NCBI RefSeq assembly: GCF_000738915.1
Contig: NW_026515635.1
Span: 372,001 to 436,000 of the forward strand
Direction: 5' to 3'
Length of the DNA stretch: 64,000 nucleotides
Origin: Nematocida ausubeli
Taxonomy: Eukaryota
Part shown: piece after piece, positions 50,333 to 61,829 of the stretch
Position numbering within the stretch: position 1 is the stretch's first letter
Layout: each line of letters begins with the position of its first letter
Made by a program: the position numbers and the translations under genes
The notes under the pieces: generated by a model
What the model was told of the DNA's origin: nothing
The model's database searches: none
Seen by the model: only the letters and a program-made list of their open reading frames with translations

Positions 50333-51238
50333 TCATTTATAACTACTGTAATACTCAAGTCCTTTGTATGTTAAGCTCATAATCATCTCCTTACTGTATC
50401 CTTTTCGCACCATCCCCTCGATCATCAATCCTTCATAATCAGTGGCATATTTATTGCTTGTCCCAAGCCCTTCTTTATATAGCTGTATTGCCCGATCAAC
50501 CTTTGCTTCCTTTTCTTGCTGCTTTATTGTATTGTATCTGCTTATGGCCATATTAATATCAATGTTCTCCTGTGACTCGCATCCATCCGCATCTGGCTCC
50601 TTTGGCTTTTGGATCATTTTGTCAAAGTTTATAGTCTCTGGTGCCAAGCAGTTTTTTTCTGCTATTTTCTCCTTGATAATCTGCGATATCCGGGTTATTT
50701 CTTTATTTACGCTGTACATTGTGATATTAACATAGTGCTCCTTAACAATAGAAACAAGCTTCTTCTTGTCATCGTAGAAAAGAAGAATCAGTACTGAAAT
50801 AAGCGGCGACTTATTGTGGTAGTACTTGTTGCTGAACAGCGTAATTACTCTTTCCTTCACATAGTCATAAGACAGAGTTATATGCTTTCTAAAAGACGAG
50901 TATATCCTGTTCAGCACATTCACCACATACGACTCGGATACAACTGAGTCTGGAACAATTCCTTTATTCTTAACCAAAAGTGACAAAAACGTCATTTTAT
51001 TTGAGTTACAATATATTAAAACATCCTCTATTAAGATAGGGATGGACTTGCTTCGAAGAAATAGAAACACAACAATCGATACTTTTGTTAAATAGTTCAA
51101 ACGAGTGGTAAACGTGGCTGTTTTTATAATACTTAGAATATCTTCGTAGTGCACCAATCCATTAATATCTTTTAAGACGGATTTAAGAACTATCTGTTTT
51201 GGGGCACTGTTTAACAGCCAGAGTGGTGTAGTAGTCAT
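50333..51238 (-). CDS. Hypothetical protein with a TFIIB/Brf-like cyclin-fold segment
   Basis: 301-aa ORF; VSIVVFLFLRSKSIPILIEDV resembles the TFIIB/Brf repeat consensus; no N-terminal zinc ribbon. Confidence 0.5.
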   Translation of the reverse strand: MTTTPLWLLNSAPKQIVLKSVLKDINGLVHYEDILSIIKTATFTTRLNYLTKVSIVVFLFLRSKSIPILIEDVLIYCNSNKMTFLSLLVKNKGIVPDSVVSESYVVNVLNRIYSSFRKHITLSYDYVKERVITLFSNKYYHNKSPLISVLILLFYDDKKKLVSIVKEHYVNITMYSVNKEITRISQIIKEKIAEKNCLAPETINFDKMIQKPKEPDADGCESQENIDINMAISRYNTIKQQEKEAKVDRAIQLYKEGLGTSNKYATDYEGLMIEGMVRKGYSKEMIMSLTYKGLEYYSSYK

Positions 51239-51764
51239 AAAAAATAAAAAATTCTAAAATATATATGCGAATTAATTAATTAAATCATTATTACATGAAG
51301 CAAGATTTCTAAGAAAGAGTTTTCTAAAAATGCTAATCAATTGTTTTGAATGAAAATAATTTTTACATGCCTTTCTGTGCAGAGCATGGGTATTTAGACC
51401 ACTAGAGATGGATAGAACAGTAAAATGCAGACGAATGTCTTCACTATAACCTCTTATGCCTTTAAGCTTATTAAAAAGACTTCTTCCATATTCTCATAGA
51501 GGAGTGGAAGACTCATTCTGAAAATACATCTACGCTATTGTATACAGTCTTCACACACTTCTTAATTCTATTCAAAAAATGAGGTGTAAATGATGGTGCA
51601 CATATAAAGCACTTTACTATTTCTTCTGAACTACATGCATTGCGTTTTAAGAGACTGTAGTGCTTCAGCCCTGTGAATTCTCTTAAGTATTGCACATAAA
51701 GGTGTATTTTTATTTTTACACACACTGGTCTCCTATTAAATAATTTATTATTTTCTATTCACGT

Positions 51765-53111
51765 ATGGAGACAAAGCCCTCCCTTGACATATCCTACAAG
51801 AAGCACGAGCAAATTTCTTTAGAAAAGCTCGCAGAGTTCATAACTGCTTGCAGACTAAGAAAGAACCGAACGCCTATTACAAACAAATTCAATACTTCTG
51901 ATGTAAATAGAATACTTGTGATCATTAATGAGTCTCGCCCTGTTTACTTGAGCCAAACTAATAAAAAAGAAAACTACACCGCAGTTCTTAAGGAATACCC
52001 GCTGCCTGAGGATATTCCCATATATATGCACTCGATTAGAACTAAAACCCCAAAGAAAAGTACTTCAGAAGAGGTGCCCAGAAAGACCCTTCTAGCAGAG
52101 GATCTTGAGAAGTACTTGGTTAAGGATATAAATGCAATATACACAGAAGGAATTGACCACAGGATATATACAATTCCTATATCAGAAAAAACTGCTTTCT
52201 ATTCAAAGTTCAGCACGCCCGAAGTTCTTTCGCAGGTGGCAACACTGAGGCCGCTTAAGATAGAAAAAGTCAAGAAAGATGTGCCAAAAGACGAGTACAC
52301 ATACTATAGCGTGGTGAAGGTCAATGCGCGAGAGATGGTTTCGTTTGATGGCCCCAGCAAATATTCATTCTTGTCTATTGACTGCGAGATGGTCCTAACT
52401 GATATAGGGTGTGAGCTAGCTCGGATAAGCATCATTGATGGGGAGCAGACGGTATTGTATGATCAGCTAATTGAGCCAGCTGGAAAGGTCACAGACTATC
52501 TGTCTGAAATAACAGGAATAACAGCAAGCAGCTATGACAACAAATGCACCTGCAAGATCTGCGCTGGTTTTGATGAGAAGGGGATAGAGCCAGACAGCAG
52601 AGAAGTTCTAAAGCACACTGGGTCAATAGCATATAAAGTGCTGCTTTATGACCTATCCAAAATTATTGGGGCAAATACAATTCTTATTGGGCATTCAATA
52701 TCGCACGATCTGTTTGCAATGAATGTGTTCCATGAGAAGCTTATTGACACCTCATTACTTTACAACAGCAAGACACACCACAGATACAAACTCAAGGCGC
52801 TTTCTTTATCGTATCTGAATAAAGAGATACAGAAGACAAACCACTCGTCTGTAGTTGACTCTGAGATGTGTTTAGATCTCATTAGCTACCTAGACAACAG
52901 CCTGCCTGCTCCTCTTCAGTACCAGAAAATGAAAAACCTATCTATTGGAACCGACTACAAAGACATACCACAAAAGCCTGCAAAGAAAGGAACACCACCA
53001 GTTGACTATATCTATATAAATGAGCCGCCAAAGGAGATAGAAGACAACACTGTGATAATACGCCTTAATAGAACAAGTGAGAACTGGTCAGTATTCATAT
53101 CTAACACATAG
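51765..53111 (+). CDS. REX1: DEDDh 3'-5' RNA exonuclease (Rex1/Rnh70/REXO1 family)
   Basis: SIDCEMV, ELARISI, DYLSEITGIT, LIGHSISHDL, IDTS, HSSVVDS. Confidence 0.88.
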   Translation: METKPSLDISYKKHEQISLEKLAEFITACRLRKNRTPITNKFNTSDVNRILVIINESRPVYLSQTNKKENYTAVLKEYPLPEDIPIYMHSIRTKTPKKSTSEEVPRKTLLAEDLEKYLVKDINAIYTEGIDHRIYTIPISEKTAFYSKFSTPEVLSQVATLRPLKIEKVKKDVPKDEYTYYSVVKVNAREMVSFDGPSKYSFLSIDCEMVLTDIGCELARISIIDGEQTVLYDQLIEPAGKVTDYLSEITGITASSYDNKCTCKICAGFDEKGIEPDSREVLKHTGSIAYKVLLYDLSKIIGANTILIGHSISHDLFAMNVFHEKLIDTSLLYNSKTHHRYKLKALSLSYLNKEIQKTNHSSVVDSEMCLDLISYLDNSLPAPLQYQKMKNLSIGTDYKDIPQKPAKKGTPPVDYIYINEPPKEIEDNTVIIRLNRTSENWSVFISNT

Positions 53112-53353
53112 AAGATGGAAGCTTTCATTGGATAGTCTCTAGGGGATAGAGAATTCTGTAGAAGAACAGATGCAAGAAAAATGCAAAAGAATATTTAGAA
53201 GGCACTCCTCTTTAGCGAATTATACTCGTCTTCTTTTTAGCAAGCCGAACTCATATTAAATTTCTAAAAGTACGAATAAAAGTAAGCATTGAAACTAATT
53301 TATTTTTAAAAGCATATATGCCAGTTAAGTGCAAGTTACTGTACTTTGATAAC

Positions 53354-53770
53354 TTAATCAAGCTTCTGTGCTGCAATTCTTGCAGTTCCGTTGGTAAGGA
53401 CAATTCCTAGGTCTGCTGCTCTCTTGACAATGTCTATTCTCTTCTTTGCACCAACTGCATGGGCGATCTCTCCGCAGTACACTCTGTTTAGAGAAATAAG
53501 TGCATCCAAGTCTTTGACGTTCTGGATTATTACTTTTCTGAATCCGTTTGGAAGTAAGTGTCTTACTAATTTGTCGGCCTTAAATCCTACAGTTGGCATG
53601 ACCATGGTACCCTTTACCTTTCTTCGTACCTTGTTGTCAATACCTCTTGGCTTTCTCCAGGAGGTGCTTAATCTCTTGAACTGGTCGCTCTGGAATCTGT
53701 TGAACTTTCTGTTTGTCTTCTTAACTGCGATAATCTTGACTAATGGAGTAGTCGTTAATAAGTCCTGCAT
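53354..53770 (-). CDS. RPL32: 60S ribosomal protein eL32
   Basis: FNRFQSD, WRKPRGIDNKVRR, HLLPNGF, EIAHAVGAKKR; ATG at 53770 after a CCCCC motif. Confidence 0.95.
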   Translation of the reverse strand: MQDLLTTTPLVKIIAVKKTNRKFNRFQSDQFKRLSTSWRKPRGIDNKVRRKVKGTMVMPTVGFKADKLVRHLLPNGFRKVIIQNVKDLDALISLNRVYCGEIAHAVGAKKRIDIVKRAADLGIVLTNGTARIAAQKLD

Positions 53771-55111
53771 TACTCTTGTCTGGGGGTAAAAATTTATAAA
53801 AAATTTATAAAAAGCCATGGGAGCTAAAAACCACTCGACTGCACTTTTCCTTTACTTGTAGTTTGTAGTACTAGTCTAAAGTCAGATAATACATCAAAAG
53901 GTCAAGTTTTGTGATGTCACATTGAAAGATACTGCACAAGCATGTATTTTACACAATATTTTATTATATGGATGCACTATAGCATGCATAATATGTAAAT
54001 TTTCTACTTTGCAAGGATAAAGCTCTTTTATGCAATATATAACCCATATATTAATCTAGCATTATTATATTCTGTGTACTTTGCTGCTGCTTTGTATTAT
54101 CAGAGCTGTTTGGCAATTTTCTCAAAGGCTGAAATTGAAATATTCTACATGCAAGTATTTTTATACAAAATTGCCAGAATATTCTGCACAATGATTGGAA
54201 TCTTTGTTACATACACAATATAGAAAGTTAGTATAAGAAGGCTAGAATAAGAAGTGGCTTTGATTTTTTCCCTAGCTAATAGACAGAATAGTAAGAAAAA
54301 TTATAAGAATGCAAAAATAAACATTAGAGTATTTTGTGGTACACTAACCCATTCCTGCATTGGTGTCAATACGAGAAACGAAGATAACAGCAGCGGATAT
54401 GTGTATTTCTAAAAGTTTTTCATCAATGAATTCCAACAGCATGGATAGACTACGCGTGTGATTTGAAAAAGGACAGCATATAGTGTTAGCTTGCTTTAAA
54501 GACACTGTGATATTTGTTTGCTTTATACCTAACTAACATAGTATGTGTTTTCTTTGTAGTTGCAACTAGGCATGCTAAAGAAGTCTACTTTATGATGTCA
54601 AATATTATTTAAATTACCTCTCTTCTATAATTATTTTCTATTTTCTCATTAAAACTATATACTAGTGTATATGTGTCTTTTAAACTTTATATTTAAAATT
54701 TCTATAAACTACCCAAGTGTGTGGCTCTTCTTGTGGTTAACTTAGCTCGCTTTGCTGTGTTTCTGCTGTCGCTAATGAAAGTTCACGCTAAATATTAGTA
54801 TTTAAGCATGCATTTGAGCGTATGGAATTTATGACTAATAGATAAATGTGTTGTATGTTGCTCTATGCGTACTTATACCTTGAATAAGTGATGTTCCCGT
54901 ATTATAGCTAGAATAGAGCTTTACTTGGAAAGACTAAGTACATATGGCATTATATAAGGCTTTTACAATTTATCATACATTTAGTAAGATCAAATTTATT
55001 CCGATTATATCATAAAAACCTGAATATTATAATAAATTTGCATAATACATCAATTTCATAGACTTATATCTTTTTATAAAGTAGTAGGAGTGAAAAAAAA
55101 TTTTAGAGCAA

Positions 55112-56395
55112 ATGGATTTCGTAAGCCCAGCAAACGAATTTTTTCATCAAGATCCAAGTGCTCCTGACAATGCAAGAATTGCAGTGAAAAATAATCAAAG
55201 CGACATACAGCAAGTAGTAGGGAGAATAATGTACATGTATGACAACTCCAATAACATGATAAAGACCTGTAAGAATAAGTATCATAGAATGAGAAATCTT
55301 TACCAATCAGTTTTTATGGTAAATGTTCTCAAAGAAGCCAACGCTACCGCTATAGATGCGATTAGTGACAGATTAATCCAGGAAATAGCTGAAAAGGCTT
55401 TAGTAAAAACTGACATGATAATGGATGCAATGTACTCATTGGGAAGCAGCAGCGATTTTTATACACTAGTAGACAACAACTATCTTTCAGTGATGCTAAT
55501 GAATGAAAGCACATTTAACTTTGCTATGAAAGATATTCGTCTGGCGTTAGAAATTTATAAACAGAGGGTTGCTAACTTCTTCCCAGACAACCAAGACATA
55601 GTGACGTATTCCTATGAAAATGATAATGGAGCATCGCTCGAAGAAATCCAATATCTGCTAAAGAAAAACTCCAGTGGAATTCCCCGAATACTTCGGGTCA
55701 GAGATATACTAAAGACAAACTTAGGTAGAGTATCACAGCACCTAGTAAATGGCAATCTAAAGAAGAGCGGCTATTTCCCAGACCTAAAATTGACAAAAGA
55801 GGACTTTGAATTGCTATTGCACTTTTACAAGGCCGGCGAGCAAGGCAGAAGATGTCTAAGTCTGATTTCTTCTACTGATATGATTTTTAACCGTAGTCCC
55901 ACAGAGCGTATTTGTACATTTTTCGAAAGGCTTTATCCTTTCTTTAAATCGAACTTTGACATAGAAGACCTGGCATGGCTGCAAGATGTTAAGTATATTA
56001 TAGAAAAAAACTGGGACGTAGAAGATGACTTCTACAGAGATGAAGAATATTTTCATACATTTTTAATAGGACAATATCATAGGATTCAATCCAAAGACAT
56101 TCTACCTATTATATCTGAAGAGAGAGAGAAAGTGATGACTTCTATATATAACTTGCATGGTAAAAGGCTCAGCTATATTCATAGGCTAAAGAAAGTATTT
56201 ACAACACATTCAACATTCAATATAAGAGATCGCATTTTGACAAAGTGGCATATTCTGCGATTTAAATTATGGTTTTACCTTGTGAATAATAGAATTCCTA
56301 TGTTAGCAATTGCACTATGTTCATTTCTATCGTTAGTTGCGATTTTCGACTTGATTATCGTTGCTAAAGATTTAATTGGTTTTTTTGCCAACTAA
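55112..56395 (+). CDS. Orphan AT-rich protein with single C-terminal TM (tail-anchored, host-exposed family type)
   Basis: 427-aa ORF, TM IPMLAIALCSFLSLVAIFDLIIV at the C-terminus. Confidence 0.8.
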   Translation: MDFVSPANEFFHQDPSAPDNARIAVKNNQSDIQQVVGRIMYMYDNSNNMIKTCKNKYHRMRNLYQSVFMVNVLKEANATAIDAISDRLIQEIAEKALVKTDMIMDAMYSLGSSSDFYTLVDNNYLSVMLMNESTFNFAMKDIRLALEIYKQRVANFFPDNQDIVTYSYENDNGASLEEIQYLLKKNSSGIPRILRVRDILKTNLGRVSQHLVNGNLKKSGYFPDLKLTKEDFELLLHFYKAGEQGRRCLSLISSTDMIFNRSPTERICTFFERLYPFFKSNFDIEDLAWLQDVKYIIEKNWDVEDDFYRDEEYFHTFLIGQYHRIQSKDILPIISEEREKVMTSIYNLHGKRLSYIHRLKKVFTTHSTFNIRDRILTKWHILRFKLWFYLVNNRIPMLAIALCSFLSLVAIFDLIIVAKDLIGFFAN

Positions 56396-56610
56396 GAAAA
56401 CTAAAGATAAAAACTTATTTAAAATCACTACTATATATAGGGTCACTAGCAACAGATCTTATATTGTGTTGAATAAACAGATTCTAAAATGTTTTTATAT
56501 TTTCCATCTACTACTCTAACAAGTATTAATTTAGCACTAGATTTTCTGCTCTAAAGTAGCACTTTTACACGGCTGCCTAGAGTGTGGACATTCAATAGCG
56601 TTAGCTATCG

Positions 56611-59600
56611 GGCTTCTCTGTTCTGGACATATAAAACTCTTTTCTTAAGTAAGCAATATAGATGAATATTAACCATTGCCTTCTGAATTTGCCTGTTGTT
56701 CATCTTGATATAAGAAGACCTATTTGCTCATACAAAGACATTTTGTAACTTTGACTCTTATCCTTTTATTTGCTTAAGAATAAATAAAATTCTATTACAC
56801 ATACTTAGTACTACACTACCACATGACATTAAGAGACAAATATGAACAATCCGCTCCTGAGCATAATACACATAGTTTACATAAAATACGTTAGGTGAAA
56901 TAGCATGTATGTTTGAACCAATAGTTTGAATGTTCATATGTACGTTATATTAAGTGATTTTAAGTGAAATATATTGATCACCGAATATAATCCAAATAAC
57001 CAATAGAAAAAACTTACAATCCTCCTAAATTTATTCGTTATTATATATTGAAAATGATTTATTTTATTTAATGAAAATATATTCTTCCGTTATTTGGATC
57101 AAGGCAGTTGCCTTGATCAGTGTTCTAATGATGAATATATGCAGAGCAGACATGACATTGGAAGAAGTGGAGGCCACTCTGCAGTTTGCAATTGCAACGG
57201 ATGCAACACCTATAAGAATAAACCCAGAGGGACCTCTTAACTTCCTCCGGGGATACATATATCAGAAGATGGAGTGCATGTACAATAAACGGTTTTTCTC
57301 TCCACAGATTGATACAAAGTACTCTGTAGAGGAAGATATAACGGTAAAACGAACTATGCCTATCTATAAATATAGCCGAACAGAACAGATGGACAAAGCA
57401 TACACAGCACAGCCCACTAAAGAAATGGATGAGTACAATGAGCAGTATCACACCCATCTGATTGAACTGTTTCCATCTCCTACTGGTGACATAAACATTG
57501 AGACACGAGGAAACCAGTCCTTCATTCAATTTTTGCGAGCAAAGACAACAAAGGAGCATGCATTGCAGATTCTTGCTATGCTACTCCTTTTCTCAGAGGG
57601 AGTGCATATTCCTATTAAAGTCACTAACACAGTACTAGAGGTATATGAATCAAGCAAAAAAGACAAAATGTACTTTAAAGTGTCCATGATAATCCCATGG
57701 TTGAATAGAGAAACAGGCAAAGAAGAAAAATTCAAACAGAAGAGAGTTAAGCAAATAATCAGCTTCTTCCAGGAGAATGCAAATGATCGTGAGGTGTTGA
57801 GTCTAATGAAGGACAAGTGCTCACAAGAGGAGGTTGTCGCAGGAAAGTTCTTGGACAGTCCAAAGTTCCTGATCCAGTCATACATATTTGGGTTCATAGA
57901 CACAGCACAGCGTGCAACTGAATTTATCCAGACTGTGCACACTATGACAGAGAAGTATGCACCAAAGATAGAAGCACCCAGCAAAGATGACTCTGTATAT
58001 GATAGACTATTCATGCCTGCTGGAACTGTAACAGGAATAGACTGCATGTCTCTAATGAAGAAGACTCAAGAGATTTTAAATGCGTATCGATTCTTCCCAT
58101 TTGCAGATAGCACACAGATGCCTACATACATATCTGTTCCTCTGTACAACCGGAAAGACAAGTTGTTTTCTAGTAATCAGGTGGAAAATTATAGCAACTG
58201 TGTGGATTGCATGATTCTCTCTCTCTTCTGCTGTCTGGCATATGATCCAGAAAAGGGAATTTATCGGACAGACCATATGGGAGATATCTCTGAAGAGCTT
58301 GAAGAATTCTTTTCCCCAGAAGAGAACAAGTCATTTGACACAACAAAGGCTAAGTTCCAGAGGGAGTGGTGCAGAGTTGTTGCAGACCTAGACGAGCCTA
58401 GCATTGCATACTGCACAGGAAGAAACGAGCTAGACTGCGGTCTTATAAACATGCTCATGGTTATTGCTGAAGTAATAAATTCCCCAAAGGAAGAAAAAGA
58501 CAAAATACTTGGGTTTTCTCAGAGTTTAAATGATAAACATGGAGACATAGAGTATGAACTATTAAATGAAGTTAAAGAATACACAGAGGTGCTATTAAAA
58601 AGGCTATCAAAAACAGAAAATATTCAAGTCGAGTTTTCTGAGCTTACAAGTGATAACTATAATGATGAAAGATATGATCTATCTGGAGATATTACTATAA
58701 CATTTGAGCATAGCTCTATTAAGAATGCAATAGTCATAGACATCAACCCTGCCCACAGTACCATTGATATAAAGCCAACTATTATGGAAAAAAAGGATGA
58801 CCGAATAGAAAAAATGACTGAAATAGCAGGCATTTGTAACAATGGATCTACATTTGTTGAAAACTTGTTTTCTACATATATGGGATATGAAATGCGAAAG
58901 ATTGACACACCCGAGAAGAGTGAGGAGTTCATGAAGGCGCAGATACGCAAAACCATAGAGAATGGCTTTGCAGACATCAATAGGCTATTATTAGTAAAGA
59001 AAATTAGCAGCCTTGAATATAAGAGGCAACTAGTCTTTTGTCCTATCATATATACTATGGACCAAAAGACATCGCGAAAGAATCCTCTTATTCGCTTTAC
59101 TTCTAACATAATAGGAAGCACAGAGCTAGACAATCCAGGTATTCAAATGAAAATGCTCCCTTCAATTGTTTTTATGGATCTGCATAATAAAAAAAGTAGC
59201 ATTCTCAACTACCCGAATATAAAAATCTCAGAGAACCGCTATGTTTATTTAGTTTCCATCTTAAGTTCTAGTCTCTTCATTAATTACATACTAGATTGTG
59301 ATATAAACATTTTTATAACATGGTTTAAATTTTACATGGATACTTTTTACACTAAACATGGGTTAGTCTTTAGTCCATTGTTAGACCGTTTAGTGAATAG
59401 AAAGATTTTCCATTATATATTCAAAGATGGAACTATGAAGTACGCCAATGAGATTGACAACATTATTATCCAAAAAAATGACAAAAAGAAAGGTGAAACA
59501 CTAAGCATTATACACTTCATTTGGGCTGTCTATCTGTGTGTTGAGGAAACCCCAAATATAGAACTAATTAAGGCGAACTTAGATGCTATTCAAGAAACCG

Positions 59601-60274
59601 AGTTTATTTCACGGGACTTGGGTTCTAATATTGAAACCCAGGATATATTCGATCAAGCTATTCAAACCCTTAGTGGGCTAAAGAATCAGCTATGCAGAGA
59701 TGAAAATAATACTAGCAGGTTTAACTCAATTATGAAAGCACTTGAAAATGTATAAAATCTCTCTTTTACTTGTAATCATTGTTTTTTTCATAAAACACAT
59801 AGTTGCTTTTCTAGACAGAGAGGTTTTTTGCTTATTACAATAAAGACTTCTCTCTAAATTATTTAAAAATAATTTTATTTAAATAATTCTTCACGTATAC
59901 ATTTTTTAGAAAATGGTGCTTATTCACTTTTATCTTGCAAGATCTTGGAAAATCGAAAAAACGCACATATTTAAAGAACCATCTTCCTGTAGAGGACACA
60001 GTGCATGGATGAATATATAGGGGCATTTCCACTCTTCAAACGCATGAAGATCTTCAAATGGGTGTGTAGAGTCAGAAATCAGAGTGCTGCTGTATTATAC
60101 TTGTGAGAGCCGCATTGTCATAATAAATCACACAGTAGCCCAGAAATAGCAGCTTAGTATAGCCTGAATACTAAGTGAAGAGCTTTTATTATATTTCTTC
60201 ATCGCCATTATTTTATTTTGGAGTCCGAAGAGTAAAAAGAAATTTCCAAAAGGGGCAATTATACCACAGAAATA
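56611..60274 (+). repeat. Dispersed segmental duplication, copy 2
   Basis: Paralogous to 32631-36237; extra ~190 bp at 56722-56911; lacks ~100 bp present at about 36058-36155. Confidence 0.95.
57071..59755 (+). CDS. Large secreted protein, Nematocida large gene family (NemLGF1-like), copy 2
   Basis: 894-aa ORF; first 67 aa identical to the 32925 protein; same conserved blocks. Confidence 0.85.
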   Translation: MKIYSSVIWIKAVALISVLMMNICRADMTLEEVEATLQFAIATDATPIRINPEGPLNFLRGYIYQKMECMYNKRFFSPQIDTKYSVEEDITVKRTMPIYKYSRTEQMDKAYTAQPTKEMDEYNEQYHTHLIELFPSPTGDINIETRGNQSFIQFLRAKTTKEHALQILAMLLLFSEGVHIPIKVTNTVLEVYESSKKDKMYFKVSMIIPWLNRETGKEEKFKQKRVKQIISFFQENANDREVLSLMKDKCSQEEVVAGKFLDSPKFLIQSYIFGFIDTAQRATEFIQTVHTMTEKYAPKIEAPSKDDSVYDRLFMPAGTVTGIDCMSLMKKTQEILNAYRFFPFADSTQMPTYISVPLYNRKDKLFSSNQVENYSNCVDCMILSLFCCLAYDPEKGIYRTDHMGDISEELEEFFSPEENKSFDTTKAKFQREWCRVVADLDEPSIAYCTGRNELDCGLINMLMVIAEVINSPKEEKDKILGFSQSLNDKHGDIEYELLNEVKEYTEVLLKRLSKTENIQVEFSELTSDNYNDERYDLSGDITITFEHSSIKNAIVIDINPAHSTIDIKPTIMEKKDDRIEKMTEIAGICNNGSTFVENLFSTYMGYEMRKIDTPEKSEEFMKAQIRKTIENGFADINRLLLVKKISSLEYKRQLVFCPIIYTMDQKTSRKNPLIRFTSNIIGSTELDNPGIQMKMLPSIVFMDLHNKKSSILNYPNIKISENRYVYLVSILSSSLFINYILDCDINIFITWFKFYMDTFYTKHGLVFSPLLDRLVNRKIFHYIFKDGTMKYANEIDNIIIQKNDKKKGETLSIIHFIWAVYLCVEETPNIELIKANLDAIQETEFISRDLGSNIETQDIFDQAIQTLSGLKNQLCRDENNTSRFNSIMKALENV

Positions 60275-60471
60275 ATTTATGCCAGATATAACAAGTGGAT
60301 CCACTGTTTCAAAGTCAATCTGCACTGTTTTCCAATTTGAAATGTACCTAATTAGAGGACTTTTGCTCTTCACTGGTATATTTGCTTTGGGGGTGGTTGT
60401 GTACTGTTTGATATTGTATGTTTAAATCTAGCTTTACTTATAAAAACCCAGATAGATTTATCTAGTATTAT

Positions 60472-61392
60472 TTATATTTTTTCTAGTTTCATTTCTATAA
60501 AGCATCGATACATTTCCTTTTGTTTTTTTCTATTCAATATAAGCTTTTTGTCTTCTGTATATTTTACTATTTTAAACAATCCCGCTGTCTGTTTTTCGAT
60601 CTCTTCTCTGCTAAAGTAATATACATATGTCTTATCGCCTCTTTGATAGAAGTTCTTTGAGAGCACTTGATCCTTTTTAAACCGTAGCTGTGTCAGATCC
60701 ATTTCATAATAGTCTTTAAATATGACAATGCCCTGCGAAGAGAGAGTTCTGTGTATAAGAGAAAAGATTGAGGGGTATGCGGATGGGTGTATGGCGGAAA
60801 GTGTGTATATAAGAAGAATAATGTCCACTTGCACAATCTCCTTACCCTCTATCACAACTTCAGTGAGCTGAGTTATATCACTGGGGGCAAACTGGTTCTT
60901 TATTTGAGGAACTCTTTCGCGCAGCAGCTCAACTGCAGTGGAAGAATAGTCTACCCCAAAAATGTTTTCACACTTACTTACATCTTTACTGTCCAGTACT
61001 ATCTGCTCTGGTGCATCTTTGTCTTGAATTTCGGTGCTTTCTTCGCTTATCTCCGCACCACTTTGTAGATAACTGTTTCTTCTATCTATTCTTTCTCTTA
61101 TGATGGGAATAAGAGTGCTTCCTGTGCCACAGCCTAGCTCTAATATTTTGTTTGTGCACACCAGTAGCTCTGGATACTCTTTGCTAATCCATTGCCGCTC
61201 TTTGAAAAACGTTCTATTGTACCGCTTATAAAACGAATCCCATGGTTCATATGTTATTTCATAATCTTTAGCAGATACCAAGTTGTCTCTTTCAATTTTC
61301 CGAAGGGCCTCTGTTTTATATTCTTCTGGCATTTCTACTTTGTCCCATGTATTATATTTATATTTGTCTTCTTTCTCAGTAAGCACTCGCAT
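60472..61392 (-). CDS. TRM140: tRNA m3C32 methyltransferase (Trm140/METTL2/METTL6 family)
   Basis: NTWD, WDSFYK....FFKERQWI..EYPEL, LELGCGTG, LSAIHP, FKDY...DLTQLRF, YQRGDKTYVYYF, NRKKQKEMYR. Confidence 0.9.
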   Translation of the reverse strand: MRVLTEKEDKYKYNTWDKVEMPEEYKTEALRKIERDNLVSAKDYEITYEPWDSFYKRYNRTFFKERQWISKEYPELLVCTNKILELGCGTGSTLIPIIRERIDRRNSYLQSGAEISEESTEIQDKDAPEQIVLDSKDVSKCENIFGVDYSSTAVELLRERVPQIKNQFAPSDITQLTEVVIEGKEIVQVDIILLIYTLSAIHPSAYPSIFSLIHRTLSSQGIVIFKDYYEMDLTQLRFKKDQVLSKNFYQRGDKTYVYYFSREEIEKQTAGLFKIVKYTEDKKLILNRKKQKEMYRCFIEMKLEKI

Positions 61393-61829
61393 ACTATTGA
61401 ATAAAAAATTGGGCCAAAAAAAGTCTTTTTACAGACTATTTGTCAGATGTAGTATTTACTGCAGAAACCAGATGCAAATTTCTTTAATAAAAAATAAGGC
61501 ATCTCGCTTTATGATGTATGCAGTTTCTTATCTTTGGTCTAGCTGCCCTATTATATGCACACTATTTTGTGTTTTTGGCATGGTGCAAGAGTGCAGTGTT
61601 TGTCTATACATTTTTATTATGCAAACCAGAAGGTTCTCAGCAAGGCTTCAACTGTTTTTTCTATTTTCATGAGCTTGCACAGAGACAGAGCTCTTATACT
61701 TTATTTATATCTTTATATGCAATAGATTCAAATTCAACTTATTAATTGAGGTATGCTTTTTAGACTTTTTAATACACCTGTCATTCTAGACAGTTAGTGT
61801 ATTAATATTTTAATTTTTTCGAATGGATT

